The notes beneath the pieces are model-generated. The model saw nothing but the letters and a program-made list of their open reading frames with translations, did no database searches and was not told the DNA's origin. A program made the translations under genes and the position numbers. This document shows, piece after piece, positions 58,343 through 64,000 of a stretch of 64,000 nucleotides of DNA. The stretch comes from Bacillota bacterium (GTDB lineage: Bacteria; Bacillota; Dehalobacteriia; UBA4068; UBA4997): the NCBI GenBank assembly GCA_036677375.1, contig JAVBWO010000020.1, forward strand, positions 26,960 through 90,959. Direction: 5' to 3'. The stretch's first letter is position 1. Every line of letters starts with the position of its first letter.

Positions 58343-58792
58343 ATGATCGGTATAATAGGAACGGTATATGCCATTTCTATCAGCTTACAGAGAGGCCAGC
58401 TGAAAAAAGAGGTTCCCGAAGCCAATGTAATCGAGGGCTACGGCATTGAAAATGACGGGCACGGCGGCCCTTGGGGCCGCCAAATCACCTGTCTGAGTTG
58501 GGCAAGTGTGCAAAAAGCCAAAGAGGAGCATCATCTCAATGTCGGCCCAGGCGATTTTGCCGAAAATCTTCTTATTGACGGATTGGACTTAAGAGGTTTA
58601 AAGGTTGGCGACCGGTTAAAATTGGGTGAAACGGTTCTCTTAGAGATCACGCAAATCGGTAAGGAAGATCATCCAAGCGTCGTCAGCAAAACCTTTGGCG
58701 TCAGCCTCTTGCCAGGCGAGGGGTTGTTTTGTAAAGTGATTGCCGGGGGAAGACTCAAAAAAGGCGATCCTGTTGCCTTGATCCGATATTAA
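58343..58792 (+). CDS. MOSC-domain protein (MoCo-sulfurase C-terminal-like beta-barrel)
   Basis: MOSC-like pattern. RBS GGGAG 5 nt upstream of the ATG at 58343 (GTG at 58337 is an alternative). Confidence 0.55.
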   Translation: MIGIIGTVYAISISLQRGQLKKEVPEANVIEGYGIENDGHGGPWGRQITCLSWASVQKAKEEHHLNVGPGDFAENLLIDGLDLRGLKVGDRLKLGETVLLEITQIGKEDHPSVVSKTFGVSLLPGEGLFCKVIAGGRLKKGDPVALIRY

Positions 58793-58832
58793 GCGGCCAT
58801 CGTTATATCATAAACGAAGGTGAGGAACTGAG

Positions 58833-59276
58833 ATGAAAAAAATAGGCATTATTATTTGCGGACGTTATGCCAATTGCGGCGGCGGTAAGTGCTTTAGGGC
58901 ACTACGGGAACGTCTGGGCGGTTTTGCGGTCTACCCTAGGGAAGAGGAAGTTGAGATTGTCGGGTATTCAAATTGCGGCGGCTGTCCGGGCGGCAATATC
59001 GAATATGTTCCGGAAGAAATGATCAAAAATGGCGCGCAGGTGCTTCATCTGGCTACAGGGCTTGTAGTAGGGTATCCGCCATGTCCGAACATACGAAGGT
59101 TTAAAGAATTCTTGGAAACGCATTATCAAGTTCCGGTCATCGTGGGAACACACCCTATTCCTAAGAAATATTTTATGGATCATGAAAAGATGTCTTTTTG
59201 GCAAGAAATGAATATGTCTGAGATTGCCCCGGAATTATTTAAGGAATCGGAAGTAATTATGAAAAATTATGACTGA
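58833..59276 (+). CDS. CGGC-domain protein
   Basis: The eponymous NCGGCPGG motif plus an N-terminal CGRYANCGGGKC. Confidence 0.6.
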   Translation: MKKIGIIICGRYANCGGGKCFRALRERLGGFAVYPREEEVEIVGYSNCGGCPGGNIEYVPEEMIKNGAQVLHLATGLVVGYPPCPNIRRFKEFLETHYQVPVIVGTHPIPKKYFMDHEKMSFWQEMNMSEIAPELFKESEVIMKNYD

Positions 59277-59323
59277 TTTTAAGAATGATGATGGTTACAA
59301 ATCAAAAATCTTGAGGTGAAGCT

Positions 59324-59956
59324 ATGTATACTTGCGCCATGTGCGGCAAGCATTCATGTCAAACGGGGGAAACGGAAAAAATGCCCCGCAACTGCCCCTG
59401 TCATGATAAAGAAATGCAGGAAGAAATAAAAACCAAATATCTTGAGGATGACAATTATCAATTGGCCTATCAAGCGGCAATGGTGGAAGCTTCAGGATAT
59501 TGCAAAGCCACCAGGTTGGAAGAAACGATGGATTTTGCCAGGCGATGCGGCTTTAAAAAGCTTGGTCTGGCATTTTGTGTAGGGCTTTGCAAAGAAGCCA
59601 AGGCCTTATGCACCATTTTACAGAACAATGGCTTTTCTGTGAGTTCAGTGATCTGTAAGAACGGTCATATCCCCAAAGAGTTTTTAAAGATCCAAGGCAA
59701 TGAAAAAGTAAGGCCCGGTACGGATGAGCCGATGTGTAACCCCATCGGGCAGGCCTATTTTTTGAACAGCGAGCAAACGGATCTCAATATTATTCTGGGG
59801 TTATGCGTGGGACACGATTCCCTGTTTATCAAATATTCTGAGGCGCCGGTCACCGTGCTTGCAGTCAAGGACCGGGTGTTGGCCCATAATCCTTTGGGGG
59901 CCTTGTATCTTGCGGAAGGTTACTATAAAGACAAGCTTTCTCTCTCAAGTAAATAA
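59324..59956 (+). CDS. DUF1847-family Cys-rich protein
   Basis: N-terminal MYTCAMCGKHSCQ...CPCH cysteine cluster and overall pattern of DUF1847. Confidence 0.5.
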   Translation: MYTCAMCGKHSCQTGETEKMPRNCPCHDKEMQEEIKTKYLEDDNYQLAYQAAMVEASGYCKATRLEETMDFARRCGFKKLGLAFCVGLCKEAKALCTILQNNGFSVSSVICKNGHIPKEFLKIQGNEKVRPGTDEPMCNPIGQAYFLNSEQTDLNIILGLCVGHDSLFIKYSEAPVTVLAVKDRVLAHNPLGALYLAEGYYKDKLSLSSK

Positions 59957-60074
59957 GACCTAGTGAATCAGAAAAACAGCCGATAGCATTTTGCATAAAA
60001 TTTTACTTAAATTTTGTTGAATTCGTCCAAAGGGAATTTGGTTTACAGGGGGAACAATAACACATTAGAATGGG

Positions 60075-60284
60075 ATGATTCGTTTGATTGAAAAGAATAT
60101 GAAGATTCTTGATATCGTCGCACAATACCCGCCGACCCAGGACGTGTTCCGGAAATATGACCGAATGGCCGGTAGCTGTATCATGTGCAATCATTTATTT
60201 GATTCCCTTGAGATCGTATCCCTGCAATACGGGATTGATCTTGACGGTTTGATTGCCGATTTGGATTTGTCTCTTGACCAGTAA
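60075..60284 (+). CDS. DUF1858-domain small protein (ScdA/RIC N-terminal-like)
   Basis: 69 aa with the IVAQYPPTQDVFRKYD...C..C pattern of DUF1858. Confidence 0.5.
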   Translation: MIRLIEKNMKILDIVAQYPPTQDVFRKYDRMAGSCIMCNHLFDSLEIVSLQYGIDLDGLIADLDLSLDQ

Positions 60285-60336
60285 AAATTGGCACTGACGT
60301 GTTTTGAAATGCGCGGAAGGATAAGGGGGTGCTATT

Positions 60337-61608
60337 TTGCAGGACCGCTTGCATATGGAATGCCTGAAAATACTCAAAGAAGAGCTGGTTCCCGCTTTGG
60401 GGTGTACGGAGCCCATTGCCATTGCTTATGCTGCGGCGAAAGCCGCCGCTGTTTTGGGCCAACGTCCAGACAACCTGGAAGTCTGGTGCAGCGGCAATAT
60501 TATCAAAAATGTCAAGAGCGTGGTGGTTCCCAATACCGGCGGGTTGAAAGGTGTCAAAGCCGCTGCGGTTGCCGGAGCCATCGGCGGTAATGCGGAACTT
60601 GGCCTGGAGGTCTTGTCTGCGCTTACCCCAATCCGGCAGGAGGAGATCAGGCAATTGGCGGAATCTTCTTATTGTGTTTGCCGCCTGCTGGAGAATGCCG
60701 AGAACCTGCATCTCATTGTCAAAGCCAAAAAAGGCTGGGAAACCGCCGAGGTGGAAATCAAGACCCAGCATACCAATATTACCAGAATCAGCAAAAACGG
60801 TAAGCTCCTCATGGAAAAAAATGAGGAAGCCTTTTTGGATCATGCGGCGGCGTCCGATCCCGCTTTGAGCGTACGTTCTATTTTGGAATTTGCCGATACG
60901 GTGCGGATAGCGGATGTCCGGGATCTTTTGGAGCGGCAGATCCAAATGAACTCCGCCATTGCGGCGGAGGGCATGGCACATCCTTATGGTGCGGATGTAG
61001 GCAAAACGCTTTTGAAATTTTACGGCGACAGTGTGCTGGTACGGGCGGCGGCGTCAGCGGCGGCAGGCTCTGATGCCCGTATGAGCGGCTGCAATATGCC
61101 GGTGGTGATCAATTCGGGAAGCGGCAATCAGGGAATGGCCGTCTCCCTGCCGGTGATTCAATTTGCCCAGGAATTGGGTGTCTCCCGGGAAAAACTTTAC
61201 CGGGCCTTATGCGTCAGCAACCTGACGGCGGTTTATCTGAAACGGGATATTGGCAGGCTTTCCGCTTATTGCGGCGCCGTCTGCGCCGCCTGCGGCAGCG
61301 CTGCCGGCATTACTTATCTGCATGGCGGCGGTTATGAGGATGTGGCGTGTACCATTACCAATCACTTGGCCAATATCAGTGGCGTGGTCTGTGACGGCGC
61401 CAAGCCTTCCTGTGCCGCCAAGGTGGCCTCGGCGGTCAGTGCCGGAATCATGGCACACTATCTCAGCGCGGAACATAAACATTTTGCCGCCGGAGAAGGC
61501 CTGGTCAAAGAAAACGTGGAACAGACCATCCAAAGCGTGGGCCGTATGGGCAGAGACGGCATGAAAGAAACCGACGTGGAAATCCTCAGGATCATGCTGG
61601 ACAATTAA
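60337..61608 (+). CDS. UPF0597/YhaM-family protein (L-cysteine desulfidase CdsB-like, serine dehydratase-like fold)
   Basis: About 420 aa. Conserved GCTEPIA(I)AYAAA N-terminal motif and Cys-containing segments (VCDGAKPSCAAK) typical of the CdsB/YhaM family. Confidence 0.65.
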   Translation: MQDRLHMECLKILKEELVPALGCTEPIAIAYAAAKAAAVLGQRPDNLEVWCSGNIIKNVKSVVVPNTGGLKGVKAAAVAGAIGGNAELGLEVLSALTPIRQEEIRQLAESSYCVCRLLENAENLHLIVKAKKGWETAEVEIKTQHTNITRISKNGKLLMEKNEEAFLDHAAASDPALSVRSILEFADTVRIADVRDLLERQIQMNSAIAAEGMAHPYGADVGKTLLKFYGDSVLVRAAASAAAGSDARMSGCNMPVVINSGSGNQGMAVSLPVIQFAQELGVSREKLYRALCVSNLTAVYLKRDIGRLSAYCGAVCAACGSAAGITYLHGGGYEDVACTITNHLANISGVVCDGAKPSCAAKVASAVSAGIMAHYLSAEHKHFAAGEGLVKENVEQTIQSVGRMGRDGMKETDVEILRIMLDN

Positions 61609-62012
61609 AGCTTGCTCGACAAAGTCAAAAGAATTTTTTGGCAGGTGAAAAAAGCTGCCTGAATGGAAGAGCCTTTTGGGAAAGGCGTGCCCTTAAGCTC
61701 TCTTGATGGCTGGCAGATTCAGAACACACAGGCTATGCCAACGGACGTCGATACCCTTGATGTGAAAAACCGTTACCGGTAAAATAAACGGTTCCATATA
61801 AACAGACAAAGCAAAAGACCTTGGGTTGGAAGAGGGTGTTTTTGCTCAATGTCCGTTTTCTGCGGAATCGTTCAAAAATGCGGTAACGGCTTTTTTATTT
61901 ATGACTTCAGTTCATTAGCGCGCAGTGTGTACAAAACAAAAATATACTGCTATGAAGAAAAAACCGGCTCTTGAGACGCTGGCCAGGGGTAAAACCTTAT
62001 AGACTGAGTAAG

Positions 62013-62045
62013 GCCCACCCGTTTGACGGGTGGGCTGATTGCAAT
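62013..62045. terminator. hairpin terminator between convergent cluster (+) and hydrogenase operon (-)
   Basis: GCCCACCCG-TTTGA-CGGGTGGGC followed by TGATTGCAATTTTG on the + side. Confidence 0.5.
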
Positions 62046-62130
62046 TTTGCCGAAAACGGCTCGTCTTTTCATTTGTGGTCTTTGCTACAGCAACGGAATG
62101 AATGCAGATATCGTTTGAGTGATAGAGATT

Positions 62131-62388
62131 TTATTGGGCGGTTTCCCCTCTGATACTTTTGATGACGGCGGTTTGCGCCTCAATATCGCCTCGTTCTACT
62201 TGAAGAAGAAAGCGGTCGGATAATAAGCGTCCGCAATGCAGCCGCAGATGCCGCAATAGGTTTTCTTCATTGATATGGCTCTGATGATGCACAATGACTG
62301 ACAGTTCTTCCACCTTGCCGATGGTTTTGTCTTGGCATATCTCCCATAACGATTTTGCAAGATTGTCCAAGAGAAATGTATCATGCAT
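62131..62388 (-). CDS. HypA/HybF-like N-terminal domain protein lacking the zinc-finger (85 aa)
   Basis: Starts MHD (compare the MHE Ni-binding N-terminus of HypA) and is co-linear with the HypA N-domain. The C-terminal CxxC...CxxC zinc module is absent. Confidence 0.4.
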   Translation of the reverse strand: MHDTFLLDNLAKSLWEICQDKTIGKVEELSVIVHHQSHINEENLLRHLRLHCGRLLSDRFLLQVERGDIEAQTAVIKSIRGETAQ

Positions 62389-62418
62389 GACGTATCCTCC
62401 TTTTTATTGTTTATTGCT

Positions 62419-62892
62419 TTATTGTAATCTTATTGTTGCCAGAATAAAATCCATGACCGTTTTCTCAATGGATAAAAAAGCATTTTGCAGTTTCTCGCTC
62501 AGCCGGTCGCCGTAGCCGATATGCGCCGCTTCAATTCCGATGACGAAGCCTGCTACCTGTTTTTGATAGATCAATAATAAATGCAACAAGCTTTGCTGAT
62601 GGGCGGAAATATGCTTTTGTTTTAGATGCGTGGCCTCTTGGAGTGGCATAAAGGTTACGGCGCCGGGGGAAATACCGAGACAAGCGGCGTCCAGGATCAA
62701 TAAAAAATCTCCGTCCTCGATTTGGCTCAAGGCATAGTCGGCGTCCGTCTCCGCCAGAATCACCGCGATATTTTCCTGTTTCAGTCGGGGCGAGAGGGCT
62801 TCCAGTATTCTGATACCGATGGCGTCATCCCCCATGATACGGTTACCGATGGCGATACACTTTACGGACATGTCAAACCACCCTGATTTCAA
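62419..62892 (-). CDS. [NiFe]-hydrogenase maturation endopeptidase (HyaD/HybD/HycI family)
   Basis: MSVKCIAIGNRIMGDDAIGIRI... matches the GNxxxxDDGxG family motif. It overlaps the large-subunit 3' end by 20 nt. Confidence 0.8.
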   Translation of the reverse strand: MKSGWFDMSVKCIAIGNRIMGDDAIGIRILEALSPRLKQENIAVILAETDADYALSQIEDGDFLLILDAACLGISPGAVTFMPLQEATHLKQKHISAHQQSLLHLLLIYQKQVAGFVIGIEAAHIGYGDRLSEKLQNAFLSIEKTVMDFILATIRLQ

Positions 62893-64000
62893 AGGGTTGA
62901 CAGGTATCGCTTAAGACATGGGTCGCGCAAGAAACACAAGGGTCAAAAGACCGTACGATTCTGCCAATTTCCATGGGATTTTTGATATCGGCAAGAGGCG
63001 TGCCGATGAGAGCGCTTTCCGCAACTCCTTTGACGCCGAATTCGTCTTCCGGTGATAAGTTCCAGGTGGAAGGGCTGATGATACTGTAATGTTGAATGGC
63101 GTGATCTTCTATTTTGATCCAATGCCCCAAGGCGCCTCGTGTGGTATCAGTCAAACCTTTGCCCATGACGTTTTGATCAAAAGTGTAATTTGACAGCTGC
63201 GACGGCTCCGGTTTGATTCTTTCCAGCAGTCCCTGCATAATATCAGTAATTTTTTTGGCTTCCAGAACCCTGGCGATGGTTCTGTCCATAGCGGAGACCC
63301 TTGGGGGATAGTTGCCGCTCAAGATCATTCTGGCCAACGGTCCCACCTCCATGGCAATGCCGTCGTAGCGGGGCGCTTTGATAAAGCTGTAGCCATCTGT
63401 TTTTATGTCTTCTTCCTGAGCAGGAACGGCACCGGGCGATTCCGGCCGATACCATGCGTGATAAACGCTTTCGGTTATTCTAGCGGGTGAAAACTCCCGC
63501 CGGATGCCGTTTTCCATAACGGCGGGGCAGAGGTAAAACAGCTCTTTTGCTTGGTAAGTGTCAAATAAACCGTAGGACATCAGGTTACCTTTGCCGGCGC
63601 CCATCTCAAAACAGTCGCTGTAATAATCGGCAATGGTGTAGACGTCCGGGATCATAACATTGGTGATAAAATGGTTGATGGCACTTAGGATAGATTTGAT
63701 TTCTATGAAGATGGAGGCGTCTAGGTTCACCGTTACGCCTCCAATAAAGACCCCGTGATGGTGAGGCGCCTTTCCCCCCAGAGTAGCTAGCATTTCATGG
63801 GCCTTGCGGCTGAATTCCAAGGATTGCCTGTAATGCAAGGCAATCTTGTCCTCAAGGGGTCGGGGCAGCCTGTAGGCGAGAGGGTTTACCTGAAAAATGG
63901 GTTGGATCTCGGGACCCCGCACATAATCCGGCAAGGTATATTGATAAAAGTGGCGCAGGTGATTTTGGAGAAATTCACAGCCGTGAATATAATCCCGGAT
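62873..64000 (-). CDS. [NiFe]-hydrogenase large subunit, N-terminus outside the window
   Basis: C-terminal DPCVSCATHV (DPCxxCxxH Ni-ligand/processing motif, Cys not Sec). The frame stays open to nt 64000 (...FLQNHLRHFYQYTLPDYVRGPEIQ...). Confidence 0.8.
   Translation of the reverse strand: MRDYIHGCEFLQNHLRHFYQYTLPDYVRGPEIQPIFQVNPLAYRLPRPLEDKIALHYRQSLEFSRKAHEMLATLGGKAPHHHGVFIGGVTVNLDASIFIEIKSILSAINHFITNVMIPDVYTIADYYSDCFEMGAGKGNLMSYGLFDTYQAKELFYLCPAVMENGIRREFSPARITESVYHAWYRPESPGAVPAQEEDIKTDGYSFIKAPRYDGIAMEVGPLARMILSGNYPPRVSAMDRTIARVLEAKKITDIMQGLLERIKPEPSQLSNYTFDQNVMGKGLTDTTRGALGHWIKIEDHAIQHYSIISPSTWNLSPEDEFGVKGVAESALIGTPLADIKNPMEIGRIVRSFDPCVSCATHVLSDTCQPFEIRVV

Noticed and set aside
62013-62045. 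Assigning the 62013-62035 hairpin specifically as the terminator of the cdsB-like gene
   Set aside because: It lies about 400 nt downstream of that gene and equally close to the 3' end of the minus-strand HypA-like gene. The U-tract is weak on both sides, so it is reported as strand-ambiguous.
1-64000. CRISPR arrays, rRNA/tRNA genes, IS elements or prophage genes
   Set aside because: No regularly spaced direct repeats, no transposase/integrase/recombinase-like ORFs and no tRNA-like structures were seen. The only repeats are the two ~60-nt hairpin elements and the short purine-rich duplication.

Overview
This 64-kb chromosomal window appears to come from an anaerobic, spore-forming Firmicute that uses selenocysteine; GC looks to be about 47% by eye. 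A Tgl spore-coat transglutaminase, a 1817-aa S-layer-homology (SLH) surface protein, a [NiFe]-hydrogenase operon and a UGA-containing peroxiredoxin together suggest a Peptococcaceae/Desulfitobacterium-like organism. That attribution is inference only. The window is gene-dense with about 70 CDSs and carries no rRNA, tRNA, CRISPR array or obvious IS element or phage. The recognisable genes are, in order: the 3' end of rocA (P5C dehydrogenase); an OmpR/HisKA two-component system; an MBOAT + DHHW acylation pair; a MacAB-like efflux system (HlyD adaptor, ATPase, FtsX permease); a LysR regulator divergent from a ureohydrolase / YjiH-like / Na:solute symporter group; a split permease; an NMT1/SsuA-type ABC importer plus a DUF364 gene; a selenocysteine-type peroxiredoxin (in-frame TGA at the peroxidatic Cys); tgl plus a coupled unknown gene; an orphan, circularly permuted amino-acid-binding protein; a lipase / HxxxD-acyltransferase / zinc-ribbon membrane protein operon bracketed by two copies of a roughly 60-nt conserved hairpin element; a YfhO-GtrA-GT2 cell-wall glycosylation trio; DUF2294; a UbiX/UbiD decarboxylase pair with isochorismatase-family hydrolase and permease; OsmC; a GntR(YtrA)-ABC operon; the giant SLH/GLUG-repeat surface protein; DUF2442; a MalT-like LuxR regulator divergent from two unknown membrane proteins. 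The most notable region is a roughly 9-kb, 14-gene co-directional cluster at about 52.8-61.6 kb (DUF5320, DUF134, two NifX/NafY-like proteins, two MinD-type 4Fe-4S ATPases, an MBL hydrolase, an IscU-like scaffold, a flavoredoxin, MOSC, CGGC, DUF1847, DUF1858 and a CdsB-like L-cysteine desulfidase). It lies next to a [NiFe]-hydrogenase large subunit / maturation protease / zinc-finger-less HypA-like operon that runs off the window end. I read this as a candidate, uncharacterised metallocofactor (Fe-S/sulfur) assembly system.
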